DNA from: an uncultured Chloroflexia bacterium
GTDB taxonomy: Bacteria > Chloroflexota > Anaerolineae > Anaerolineales > Anaerolineaceae
Direction: 5' to 3'
DNA length: 64,000 nt
Assembly (NCBI GenBank): GCA_963828855.1
Contig: CAWHGB010000003.1
Span: forward strand, 19,457 to 83,456
The notes beneath the pieces are model-generated. The model had not been told where the DNA came from. It did not search any database and was given only the letters and a program-made list of their open reading frames with translations. Below, piece by piece: positions 8,293 to 18,383 of the stretch. The position numbers were made by a program, and so were the translations under genes. The first letter of the stretch is position 1. Every line of letters begins with the position of its first letter.

Positions 8293-11038
8293 ATGACTGA
8301 GCCCCTTCTTCTCACAAAACTTTATATTCCACCTCCCCGGCAGAACATTATCATACGCCCCAGATTGATCGAGCGGCTGAACGAGGGTGTGCGCAATAAA
8401 CTGATCCTTATCTCTGCCTCTGCCGGTTTTGGTAAAACCACACTGGTCAGCGAATGGGTTGCCAGTTGCGATCAGAAGGTCGCCTGGCTTTCCCTGGACG
8501 AAGGGGATAACGACCCAACGCGTTTTCTGATGTACCTTGTTGCAGCGTTGCAGACGATTGCTGCAAATGTTGGAAAAGGGGTGTTGGCTATTCTTGAGTC
8601 CCCCCAGCCCCCGCCAATCGAATCGATTCTAATAGTCCTGCTCAATGAAATTACCACCATCCAGGATAATTTCGTTCTAGTCCTGGATGATTACCATGTG
8701 ATAGATTCCAAACCGATTGACGAAGCACTCACTTATCTACTCACGCATCTGCCTCCCCACATGCGCCTGGTCATGACCACCCGTGAAGATCCTCATCTAC
8801 CCCTCACTCGGTTGCGCGCCCGGGGCCAATTAACCGAGCTGCGCGCTGCCGACTTGCGTTTTACCTCCGCAGAAGCTGCTGAGTTTCTCAACCAGGTGAT
8901 GGGCCTGAGCCTTTCGGAGGCAGACATCGCTGCATTGGAGACCCGTACCGAAGGCTGGATTGCAGGCTTGCAATTAGCCGCGATCTCAATGCATGGACAT
9001 AAAGATACTGCCAGTTTCATCAAGTCTTTCACCGGTAGTCACCATTTCGTGCTGGATTATCTAGTGGAAGAAGTCCTGCACCAGCAGCCTGAAAGCATCC
9101 AGACTTTTCTGCTGCGAACTTCCATCCTTGATAGTTTGTGCGGGCCGCTTTGTGACGCGGTTTTGGGCCTTGCTTTTCCTTCCGGGCAGGAAACCCTGGA
9201 ATATCTCGAGCGAGCAAACCTGTTCATTGTCCCACTGGATAGTGAGAGACGTTGGTATCGCTATCACCATCTTTTTGCCGATGTCCTTCGTATGCACTTG
9301 AAGGTGGAGCAACCTGACCAGGTATCGATCCTGCACCAGCGCGCAAGCGAGTGGTACGAGCACAATGGTACGGCGGTCGATGCAATTCACCACGCGCTGG
9401 CCGCCGAAGATTTTGAGCGAGCGGCGACCCTAGTCGAACTTTCAATTCCAGAAGTTCGCAGGAATAGACAGGGAGCCACTGTCACGGAGCTTGGTTGGTT
9501 AAAGGCATTGCCCGACGAGCTGGTTCGTTTTCGACCGGTGCTTTGTGTTGACTATGCTTACGCATTATTTGGAGGCGGTGTGCCCGGGGGTGTGGAGCCC
9601 TGGTTGCGGGACGCCGAACGGTGGCTTGAGGTGGCGACCGACAAGGCGGAGATGATCGTCGAGGACGAAGAGGAATTTCGCCGCCTACCGGGTATGATCG
9701 CCCTTCTCCGTGCTGCAATGGCCCTGGCTAGGGGTGATATGCCCCAGGCAGAGAAAAATGCTCAACGAGTGCTTGATCTCGCACCTGAGGACGCCCATTT
9801 GATGCTTGGTGGGGCAGCTTCGGTGCTGGGAATCGCCGCATGGGCGCGTGGAGATCTCGAGATCGCCCGTAGGATGACTTCTGAGGGCATTACAAATGTA
9901 AGGCAAGCCGGGTATATCTCTTCCGCCATCGGCGGCTCCATTGTCTTGGCGGATATCCAGATCGCGCAAGGCCGTCTGCATGAAGCAAGGATCACATACG
10001 AGAGGGCATTGACGTGGGCGACGGAGCCTGGCGCGCCAGTCCAGCGGGGAGCGGCAGACATGTATGTGGGTATCAGCACCCTTCTTTATGAGCATAACGA
10101 TCTGGATTCTGCTACACAACACCTGCAAAAAAGTCAGTCATTGGGTGAGCTGGCCGGGTTACCGCAAAATCCGTATCGCTGGTGCGCGGCGATGGCGCGT
10201 ATACGAGAGGCCCACGAGCGATCTGGATGGCGCGCTCGACCTGCTCGACCAGGCTGAGCGCTTGTACGATGGTGCCTTTTCCCCGAATGTGCGTCCGATT
10301 GCGACGCGGAAGACACGGGTGTGGGTGGCCCAGGGGCGGTTGGGTGAAGCCCTGGGCTGGGTGCATGAACAGGGACTGTCCGTTGAAAACGAACTTAGCT
10401 ACCTGCACGAGTTCGATCACATCACCCTGGCCAGGGTGCTCCTGGCCCGCTATCTGAGTGACCATTCTGATGGCTCCATTTCTGAGGTAATGGGGCTGTT
10501 GGAGCGCCTGCTGAAAGCCGCGGAAGAACGCTGGGGGAAGGGAAGCGTGATCGAAATTCTGGTATTGCAGGCGATTGCTTTTCACGCGCAAGGTGACCTC
10601 CCGGCTGCCCTCGAACCGCTGCAAAAGGCTCTGACGCTTGCTGAGCCTGAGGGTTACACCCGCATATTTCTTGACGAAGGCTCAAGCATGATGCAGCTGC
10701 TTCGCGAAGCTTCCGCACGTAAAATCATGCCTTACTATGCAGATAAACTGCTGGCAGCATATGAATTCGATAAGCTGAAAAGCGAAGACCAACTTGATCT
10801 GCTCCCTACCCATTCCAAAGGGCACCGCAATGGCGAGCCTCTTATCGAGCCATTGAGCCAACGCGAGTTCGAAATACTTAAACTCATTTCCCTGGGGCTC
10901 TCGAATCGTGAGATTGGCGAGAGGCTCTTCCTCGCCCTGGATACGATCAAAGGGCATAACCGCAGGATTTTTGATAAGCTGCAGGTTCAAAGCCGCACTG
11001 AAGCTGTTGCCCGCGCCCGCGAATTGGGTTTGTTGTAA
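8293..11038 (+). CDS. MalT-like LuxR-family regulator (STAND ATPase + TPR-like repeats + C-terminal LuxR HTH); apparent frameshift near 10219
   Basis: A Walker A motif is present (SASAGFGKTTL). The C-terminus LSQREFEILKLISLGLSNREIGERLFLALDTIKGHNRRIFDKL is a LuxR HTH. Track ORFs 8293..10257 and 10064..11038 join at ...MARIREAHE/DLDGALDLLDQAERLY. The joined length (~915 aa) equals that of the intact paralog at 61172. Confidence 0.8.
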
Positions 11039-11244
11039 TTGCTAGTTTGATTTTTCCTCATCTTTTCCCCCTATAACAATTTAATCAACACTTTCAACCA
11101 ACACCAAAGTGTCTATTCGCTAACACTGTGGTGCCGATATGATTCTTGAGCAGCGAGCAAATGGAATGAACTGTAAAAACTGGCCGAAGAGGAGAAAGGA
11201 GATGTCAAACGAACTCAAACCCAAAAACTGACCCGAGTCAACCC

Positions 11245-11475
11245 GTGGTCTATCAAATCAGGATCAAGGGTCACCTGGATTCTCATTGGACAGACTGGTT
11301 TGAGGGTCTGACCATCACGCTGGAAGACAACGGCGACACAGTGTTAACCGGTGCAGTGGTTGACCAGGCTGCGTTGCATGGCTTGCTCAAAAAAGTTCGT
11401 GATTTGGGTATGCCATTGGTCTCGGTCAGTCCGGTCGAACCCGGTCAGACAGATGTGTCAAATGTCAAATCGTAA
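11245..11475 (+). CDS. Small conserved hypothetical protein (76 aa)
   Basis: GTG-start ORF beginning VYQIRIKGHLDSHWTDWFEGLTITLEDNGDTVLTGAVVDQAALHGLLKKVRDLGMPL. I recall similar small proteins near regulators in Chloroflexota and Actinomycetota (memory only). The start may really be the ATG at 11202 if one A of the run 11223-11227 is an artefact. Confidence 0.6.
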   Translation: MVYQIRIKGHLDSHWTDWFEGLTITLEDNGDTVLTGAVVDQAALHGLLKKVRDLGMPLVSVSPVEPGQTDVSNVKS

Positions 11476-11529
11476 ATTGGTGTAGGCAGCTTGATTACGC
11501 CAAAATCAATCAAAACAAGGAGATAAAAA

Positions 11530-12282
11530 ATGAATATGAACAAAGTGAGTACCGAGGGGACGAATAGAATGAATGCGGTGATTGTAGGGGTGCTTTTTAT
11601 CATTGGGACCGTGACAGGTGTCATTGCTGCCACCATTGGCAAACCCATCCTGGATGCACCAGACTATCTGACCAAAATTTCAGCCAATCAGAGCCAGATC
11701 ATTATTGTGGCATTCCTATTATTCCTGATGGGTGTCGCCTGCGCCGGGATTGGCCTGGCTCTCTATCCGATCATGAAAAAATACAGTACAGGCCTGGCAA
11801 TCGGGGTGGTTGGATTCAGAGTAACCGAGGGCATATTCGAAATTATGGGTGGGGTTTTCACAATTTTACTGCTGGCTTTGAGCCAGGAATATGTAAAAGC
11901 CAGCGCGCTAGACGCGGCTTATTTCCAGACCATCGGAACCATCATCAATGCCGGAGACGCTTGGCTGAGCAATGGCGCATCGCTGCTGGTCTGGTGCATC
12001 GGCGCACTGATGTATTATGTCGTCTTTTATCAATATCGGCTTGTCCCACGTTGGATTTCTGTCTGGGGGTTGATCGGCATCACGCTAGCCACAATCGCCG
12101 GTGTGCTGGTCATGATTGGCGTCATCCCAGGCTTCGGGACGGTCCAGATGATCGCTAGTCTGCCGATCTTCCCGCAAGAAATTGTATTTGCCATCTGGCT
12201 GATCGCAAAGGGGATTAATCCATCGCCGGTCGTTTCCAGGACTGCAAAAACAGTGACGAACGAGCTTTTGAGTGCGGCATAG
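11530..12282 (+). CDS. DUF4386-like polytopic membrane protein
   Basis: 250-aa ORF with about 6 hydrophobic helices and a good RBS (aaggag). The family assignment is from memory of the N-terminal pattern. Confidence 0.6.
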   Translation: MNMNKVSTEGTNRMNAVIVGVLFIIGTVTGVIAATIGKPILDAPDYLTKISANQSQIIIVAFLLFLMGVACAGIGLALYPIMKKYSTGLAIGVVGFRVTEGIFEIMGGVFTILLLALSQEYVKASALDAAYFQTIGTIINAGDAWLSNGASLLVWCIGALMYYVVFYQYRLVPRWISVWGLIGITLATIAGVLVMIGVIPGFGTVQMIASLPIFPQEIVFAIWLIAKGINPSPVVSRTAKTVTNELLSAA

Positions 12283-12316
12283 ATTTGCATAAAACACGGG
12301 ACAAGGAGAAAGCCAA

Positions 12317-12766
12317 ATGTTAAAAAAAGGTTCGCTCGTTCTTTCAATATGGTGTGTGATCAACTTCATACTAGCCTTTACCATATTGTGCTATGTCATC
12401 GTTCTCAAGAAGGACTCGCCAATTTTGCAGGTGGCATCCTTTTCAGAAGCGGAAATTACCAGCCTTAGCGCAAAAACCATAGCAGCACTAAACTGTTTCA
12501 CCATTCTGTATAACTCCTGCTCGCTGATGATCTCGGTGCTGACCTGGCCGTTGATTCGCAGGAACCTGGTTGCAGGGGAAAAAAGAGCCTTTTGGCTTTT
12601 AGCCGGTGTCATCGGTTTTATCGAAATTATGGCATTTCTAGCCTCTTCATACATCGGGAATGGGCGCTGGCAAGTAAATGTTGTTCAAAGTGTTCTATAC
12701 CTTACAGGAATTAGCCTGTCAGGATTTTCTATCTTCAAAGGAGAAAAAAATGAATTCAATCAATAA
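12317..12766 (+). CDS. Membrane protein (4 predicted TM), unknown function
   Basis: 149-aa ORF with the RBS aaggag 8 nt upstream and four hydrophobic segments. Confidence 0.6.
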   Translation: MLKKGSLVLSIWCVINFILAFTILCYVIVLKKDSPILQVASFSEAEITSLSAKTIAALNCFTILYNSCSLMISVLTWPLIRRNLVAGEKRAFWLLAGVIGFIEIMAFLASSYIGNGRWQVNVVQSVLYLTGISLSGFSIFKGEKNEFNQ

Positions 12767-13437
12767 GATCGCCAGAACCGCCGGCTCTGCTTTACCTGCT
12801 TTACGTGGTCACCTCGTTCGTAGCCAATCTTTTCGGGAAATTTGTGTTCGTCGAAGCCCCGGTCACTGTCAACCACATCCTGACCCAAGCAACGCAATTC
12901 CGCATCGGTTTTGTGATCAACCTATTCTCTGTCGTTTTTTTCCTTTTGGCGGCGTGGGCTTTGTACGTGCTATTGAAACCTGTGAATAAAGATTTAGCCT
13001 TGCTGTTCCTGTTATTCAATGCCGCAGGTTTCGCTGTCTGGTTAATCAGCTCTCTATGCCTGTTTGGCAGCCTGATAATCTTGAATGGGTCTGAAACCAT
13101 CAATGCGTTCCAACCAGATCAATTGCGAGCGTTGGCGGTGTTTTTCTTCAGTTTATATAAAACCGGGGTCGTTATTGCCCAAGTACCTTATGGGGTCTGG
13201 CTCTTTCCGCTTGGTTACCTGGTCCTTAAATCGGGATTCCTACCAAAGATTCTCGGTGTGCTTTTGATCGCGGATGGTATTTGTCAATTCATCTATGTCT
13301 GCCAGCGGCTGATCCTCCCCGATCTCGCGGTCATCGCTTATCCCTGCCTGGTGATCAGTTTCATTGCTGAAGTCTCCCTGGCTTTATGGCTTTCCATCAA
13401 GGGAGTGAAACCTCGGACAACAGTGAACCCTGAATAA
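12750..13437 (+). CDS. DUF4386-like membrane protein; probable 1-nt frameshift near 12788 (track ORF 12805..13437)
   Basis: The ATG at 12750 has a strong RBS (aaaggag) and encodes MNSINKIARTAG. Shifting one base then gives LLYLLYVVTSFVANLF..., which continues the track ORF and resembles the start of the paralog family. Confidence 0.6.
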
Positions 13438-13451
13438 AGAAAAGAGTAAAG

Positions 13452-13925
13452 ATGAAAAACTCAAAAGAAATTTGGAAAAATGCGTTCGTACTGACCCTGG
13501 TAGGAGGCCTGGCATTCTGGCTGGCAAACTTCGCGATCTCGCGAACAGCTATCGCCGCGGATTACAGGGCTGCCATGTCAATTTCGTATTATCCCATGCT
13601 GCTGGAATCCTTGATCGGTGGTTTGATTATCGGGTTGTGGGTCAGTATCCTTCTGCTGCGTTTCTATAACAGGATCCCGGCGAAGGACCCGATCCTCAAA
13701 TCAGTCCTCCTGAGCTCTCTTGTGCTGGTCATTGTTACGATCGTGCTTGGTGGTCCGTCAAGTTTCTTTGCGACAAATAATGTCTTGCAGTACTTCATAA
13801 TCGGTACAGTATTTAACGTGATCCGTATCTCTGCTCTTGGCATCGCAATTGGCTATGTGTATAAGAGGCAGCACCGGGAAGCCAAATCATCAGAAGTTGC
13901 AGCCAGCCCTGCCGGGTTGGAATAA
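13452..13925 (+). CDS. 4-TM membrane protein, tandem paralog A
   Basis: 157 aa. It aligns with the next gene along its length, for example LLRFYNRIPAKDPILKSVLLSS against LLRFFDRIPGKNSILKALILSF. Confidence 0.65.
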   Translation: MKNSKEIWKNAFVLTLVGGLAFWLANFAISRTAIAADYRAAMSISYYPMLLESLIGGLIIGLWVSILLLRFYNRIPAKDPILKSVLLSSLVLVIVTIVLGGPSSFFATNNVLQYFIIGTVFNVIRISALGIAIGYVYKRQHREAKSSEVAASPAGLE

Positions 13926-13935
13926 GGAAACAGTC

Positions 13936-14397
13936 GTGCAAACCAGGGTCACAGGTCAAGTTAATGTGCAGGCTTCTCGAGAATTCTCAAAGAGACTGCT
14001 TTCAATGGCAGCAATAGGTGGAGCGGCATTCTGGATAACTGATTTCATAATGGCAGTTTCCCCTATTGCTGCTGCCTATCAAGCCGCGTTCTCATTCTCT
14101 TCTCTGCCTGTGGCCCTCGTTGAAGCGCTGGCTGGCGGACTGGTGATTGCAGGCTGTGTCAGTTTTGTCCTGCTTCGTTTCTTCGACAGGATTCCCGGCA
14201 AAAATTCCATCCTCAAGGCGTTGATCCTTAGTTTTAGCGCTATGGCATTTATCGAGGTCCTTTCTGCCCTTGGAAATCCGTCGAACGCCTCCGTTTACCT
14301 CCTGCTCGATACGGGAATGAATGCGCCAAGGTTTCTTGCGCTTGGTTTGGTGATTGGTTATGTATTTGAAAAACAAAAAAGGATGGTATCAGTTTGA
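13936..14397 (+). CDS. 4-TM membrane protein, tandem paralog B
   Basis: The track ORF starts at 13837 inside the previous gene. The in-frame GTG at 13936 follows aaggaaacagtc and removes that overlap. Confidence 0.6.
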   Translation: MQTRVTGQVNVQASREFSKRLLSMAAIGGAAFWITDFIMAVSPIAAAYQAAFSFSSLPVALVEALAGGLVIAGCVSFVLLRFFDRIPGKNSILKALILSFSAMAFIEVLSALGNPSNASVYLLLDTGMNAPRFLALGLVIGYVFEKQKRMVSV

Positions 14398-15384
14398 AAG
14401 CAATAATCTGCTCCAGATACGGTTCACCGGATGTTCTTCGGCTCCGGGAGGTGGAGAAACCTTCCCCGCAAGAGGATGAGGTGTTAATCCAAATTCATGC
14501 AGCATCTCTCAATTCGCGTGACTTGCGAATGCTGCGGGCAAATCCGTTTTTTATGCGACTGAAGCCTGGAGGTCTTTTCCGTCCCAAAAACAAGATCCTC
14601 GGGGCAGATGTAGCCGGGCGAGTTGAAGCGACCGGCAGCAGTGTTAAACAGTTTCAGCCGGGCGATGAGGTGTTCGGGTTCTTGCCCAGCGCAACCGGTC
14701 GCGGCACCTTCGCCGAGTATGTCTGCGCCAGGGAAAATTTCATCGCACTGAAGCCTGCCAACCTGTCGTTCGAACAAGCAGCGGCGGTACCGTTAGCGGC
14801 GATGACCGCATTGCAAGGTTTGCGCGACAAAGGCAACATTCAACCAGGGCAAAAGGTATTGATTAAATGGCGCGTCTGGAGGTGTGGGGTCGTTCGCAGT
14901 GCAAATTGCCAAGGCTTCGGGGCCGAAGTCACCGCGGTGTGCAGCTCGCGGAACATGGAAATGGTGCGCTCCCTTGGGGCAGACTACGTCATCGATTACG
15001 AGAAGGAAGATTTCACCCAAAAGGGGCAGCAGTACGATTTGCTCTTGGCTGTGAACGGATATCATCCCCTTTCAGATTATCTGAAAGCATTAAAACCTGA
15101 AGGGACTCTAGTCATTCTAGGTGGTTCGCTGGTTACACTCTTCCAGGCGGCGAGCAATGAGAAAAGAATATCCAATACCGGGGGCCAGAAAACTTGTATC
15201 GCTACGCTGGAACAAAATCAAGAAGGATCTGACCTTTTTAAAAGAATTTCTTGAATCCGAGAAAATCATGCCGGTTATCGATAAATGTTACCCTTTAGAT
15301 AGAACAGCTGAAGCTTTCTGGTATTTTGAGAAAGAACATCCAAAAGGAAAAGTCGTCATCACTGTGGAGCATAATGGCTTATGA
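14394..15384 (+). CDS. Zinc-type (MDR) NAD(P)-dependent alcohol dehydrogenase/quinone oxidoreductase; three apparent 1-nt indels
   Basis: N-terminus MKAIICSRYGSPDVLRLREVEKPSP. The expected cofactor motif INGASGGVGSFAVQIAKA appears only in the alternative frame between about 14866 (aaa) and about 14917 (tt). The C-terminus switches frame at the a-run 15189-15192 and continues as ...LVSLRWNKIKKDLTFLKEFLESEKIMPVIDKCYPL. Confidence 0.75.
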
Positions 15385-15565
15385 CAGCCCACCCGTAAAA
15401 GTAGTTTGGTACAACAAGCGTAAGCTGGGCAGAGGTTTATTGCCGGGCACCATGCGAAATAATCTAGAACGGTTTATCCCCTTTGTTATATTTTCGAATT
15501 ATTCATGTTTGGGAGAATAGGTAGCGGGGCATGTACTTTTTTCCCAAAGGGATTTGTCCCGAAGT

Positions 15566-15592
15566 AAAAATCCGCCCTTTCGGACGGATTTA
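15566..15592 (-). terminator. Intrinsic terminator of tRNA-fMet
   Basis: On the minus strand AAATCCGTCC-GAAA-GGGCGGATTTTT follows immediately after the tRNA 3' end. Confidence 0.75.
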
Positions 15593-15595
15593 TCA

Positions 15596-15669
<74 letters not shown>

Positions 15670-15680
15670 TCGCGAAGCGG

Positions 15681-15709
15681 ATTATAACCCTTGGAGGTGG
15701 TACCGTCAA
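15681..15709 (-). promoter_or_regulatory. Sigma70-type promoter of tRNA-fMet
   Basis: Minus strand TTGACG-17 nt-TATAAT, ending 11 nt before the mature 5' end. Confidence 0.6.
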
Positions 15710-15716
15710 GTTAGAG

Positions 15717-16400
15717 TTATTTAAATGAATAACGCTCCCAGAGGGTGGCATCCGACTGGTTCTGATCTGAGTATTCCCCGCGGTACTTCTCCGGCATCAG
15801 TTCCGCCATGCGGAACATCACCTCGTCCGCCATCCGCTGGCGGGTTTCGCGGTCAAACGACATACTTTCGGTCTTCAATTTAAAAGGTTCTCCAACCCGG
15901 GTAAAAAGCTCGGTTCGTTTGAAGTGGCGCAGGTTATGCCAGAAATTTTCCTGACCCCAGATCACGGCGGGCAGGATCGGAAGGTTGCTGCGTGCTGCCA
16001 GCAGGACAATCCCCGGCTGCCCCTTTTGCAGCACCCCGTTCCCACTGCGGGTGCCTTCCGGGAGAATGGCCAGGATCTTATTTTCCTGCAGCGCCTGCAT
16101 GCAGGCTTCGTAAGCCGCCCGGTCGGCTTCTCCCCGTTTGATCGGGATCGCGCCCCACAGTGAAAACAGCGGTCCCAAAATGGGGCTATCCCAGGTCTCC
16201 ACCTTTGCGATGCCTGTGATGGGTCGGGGGGGTGTGTAGGTGAAGAAGATCACCGCTTCCATGAAATTGATATGGTTGGCAGCTAAAATAAAAGGTCCCT
16301 TTAAGGGTACCTTTTTTATATCCTCGCTGTGAACGATGCAGATCACATCGATGATGGCTTTGATGATCCGGGTGACGAAATCGCGGAAGGCGTATTTCAT
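15717..16400 (-). CDS. Lysophospholipid (1-acyl-sn-glycerol-3-phosphate) acyltransferase family protein
   Basis: 227 aa with an NHxxxxE/D-type motif (AANHINFMEAV) and PEGTRS. Confidence 0.75.
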   Translation of the reverse strand: MKYAFRDFVTRIIKAIIDVICIVHSEDIKKVPLKGPFILAANHINFMEAVIFFTYTPPRPITGIAKVETWDSPILGPLFSLWGAIPIKRGEADRAAYEACMQALQENKILAILPEGTRSGNGVLQKGQPGIVLLAARSNLPILPAVIWGQENFWHNLRHFKRTELFTRVGEPFKLKTESMSFDRETRQRMADEVMFRMAELMPEKYRGEYSDQNQSDATLWERYSFK

Positions 16401-17323
16401 GCGCCAGGAGTGATCAGGTCGAATTGGCCGGGAAGCAACTCCACCACCAACCGCTTGCCTTCCACACAGAGCGTTTCGCCATCCGCGTGCGCCGGGAGCC
16501 CCCCCTCCACGGCAGTCACGGTCACATTGCGCGAGCGCAGGAACTGCACGGCCGGGTCGCTAGCCTGGGTGCCCTTCATGAATTTGGGGATCATGGCGAA
16601 GATCTTGCCGCGGCTCACTTCCCCGGCGATACACAGGTCAAAAACGCCGTCGTCGCTCTTCGAATCAGGCGCCATTTGAAAGCTTCCACCCATTCGCCGG
16701 CCGTTCATGATGGAGACCATCAGTGTGTTCAGGGTCAATTCGCGGTCATCCAGCTCCACGCGGACCTTGGGCGCGGTGTAAAAGATGTAGATGGTCTTGA
16801 TGGCTGCGACCAGGTAGGACATGATCCCGCTCAGTTTACTCCGGGCGGCTACGAACCCCACCACTGCGTCGAAGCCGATCCCCACGCCATTGCCAAAATA
16901 GCGGCCTTCAGGGAAATATTCGCTGATCACGAACCCGATATCCAGCGGTTTGCGCGGCGGGTTAACCAGTAGATCCGCAGCAGCCTTCCAGTCGGTGGGG
17001 ATATACATGCTGTATGCGAAGTCATTTCCACGGCCTACGGGCAGCACACCCATCACCGCGCTGCCCACCCCGGCGCGCTTTGCCAGCATCATGCCATTGA
17101 TCACTTCGTTCGAAGTGCCATCACCACCGGCGGCCACGATGACCTCAAACCCCTCTGCTACAGCACGGCCGGTCAGTTCGATGGCATGCCCGGGACGTTC
17201 GGTTTCCACCAGCTCGAATTTCAAACCGATTTTCTGCAGGTATTCGGCAATCTCGGTCTTCTTCTTTCCGGCTGAACCCTTCCCGGCTACCGGGTTGAGA
17301 ATGATCAAGGTTTTGGGAGGCAT
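16397..17323 (-). CDS. Diacylglycerol/lipid kinase family protein (YegS/BmrU-like)
   Basis: 308 aa with IILNPVAGKG, GGDGT and a C-terminal catalytic domain. It overlaps the acyltransferase gene by 4 nt. Confidence 0.8.
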   Translation of the reverse strand: MPPKTLIILNPVAGKGSAGKKKTEIAEYLQKIGLKFELVETERPGHAIELTGRAVAEGFEVIVAAGGDGTSNEVINGMMLAKRAGVGSAVMGVLPVGRGNDFAYSMYIPTDWKAAADLLVNPPRKPLDIGFVISEYFPEGRYFGNGVGIGFDAVVGFVAARSKLSGIMSYLVAAIKTIYIFYTAPKVRVELDDRELTLNTLMVSIMNGRRMGGSFQMAPDSKSDDGVFDLCIAGEVSRGKIFAMIPKFMKGTQASDPAVQFLRSRNVTVTAVEGGLPAHADGETLCVEGKRLVVELLPGQFDLITPGA

Positions 17324-17469
17324 ATTATCCTTTTCGATAATTCGGAGTTATAGGAGTCATTTTATCGAATGTGAATCCACCGGTCAAGATAAAGCCCCCT
17401 GTGTGGGAATGGCGTTCTCGATTAAAATTCTCCCATGATGATTAAACCCTTCGACGAGCGAGAAGTTGC

Positions 17470-17949
17470 ATGAAACACCTGTGGGCTCCCTGGCGGATCA
17501 AATTTATCCAGCGAACTGAACGCGAGGATGGCTGCATTTTCTGTAACGCGCTCGAAAAAACCGATGGCATCGAAAACCTGGTGGTTTTCCGGGGGGAGCG
17601 GATTTTCGTAATTCTTAATCGTTACCCTTACACCAGCGGACATGTGATGGTGGTTTCCTACGATCACAAGGCTTCCTACGCGGATCTGGACCAGGCAACC
17701 CGCGCAGAGTTAATGGAGGGCATCAATACCGCCACAAAAGTGATTGGCGAAGTCTATTGCGCGGATGGTTTCAACGTAGGCGCCAATATTGGCTCTGCCG
17801 CCGGGGCGGGAGTCACCGGGCATGTGCATTTTCACGTGGTGCCGCGCTGGGGTGGGGATGCCAACTATATGTCGACGGTTGGAGGCTTGCGGGTCATCCC
17901 GGAATCGCTGGAGGATACATACCGGCGACTTAAGGAAAAGTGGCATTAA
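17470..17949 (+). CDS. HIT-family nucleotide hydrolase/transferase
   Basis: 159 aa with the histidine triad GHVHFHVVPRW. Confidence 0.8.
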   Translation: MKHLWAPWRIKFIQRTEREDGCIFCNALEKTDGIENLVVFRGERIFVILNRYPYTSGHVMVVSYDHKASYADLDQATRAELMEGINTATKVIGEVYCADGFNVGANIGSAAGAGVTGHVHFHVVPRWGGDANYMSTVGGLRVIPESLEDTYRRLKEKWH

Positions 17950-18371
17950 GAACCGGGATCAACCGGTTCTTTTTTTCCGATCTGACCAAGGTCCTCAAAA
18001 AAGACCACTCTTTCAGCCAGGGGACCGTTCAATATCACCCGCTGGTAAAAGGGATGGAAGGTCTCGCTACGAATGTAGAAATATATCTCCCCGAATTCTG
18101 CCAGCCGGGTATGGAAATCCGCCGTAATGGCTTCTTCCTCCTCCTGCGTGACGGCTGCAGGAGGCTTCTCGTAATATTCGTGGGATTCCCAGGGGAAGAA
18201 AATTCCGTATTTGTCGGAAAGGATCGCCCACCTGGAGCCAGTCTGCTGGCAGCGTTGGATAAATGCCAGCAACCCCGGATCGGTGTAGAGCTTATCCGGG
18301 GGCAGTTTTTCACCAGTGGATTTCGCCGTTTCCGATTTTTCTTTCGAGCAATGGGTCAGGAAAACCGTCAT
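17946..18371 (-). CDS. Hypothetical protein (DUF6884-like N-terminal pattern)
   Basis: 141-aa ORF. The pattern THCSKEK...LYTDPGLL...WAILSDKYGIF resembles the CSKxK...LY...ILSAxYGL pattern of that family (from memory, weak). Confidence 0.45.
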   Translation of the reverse strand: MTVFLTHCSKEKSETAKSTGEKLPPDKLYTDPGLLAFIQRCQQTGSRWAILSDKYGIFFPWESHEYYEKPPAAVTQEEEEAITADFHTRLAEFGEIYFYIRSETFHPFYQRVILNGPLAERVVFFEDLGQIGKKEPVDPGS

Positions 18372-18383
18372 ACCCGGTGAACG

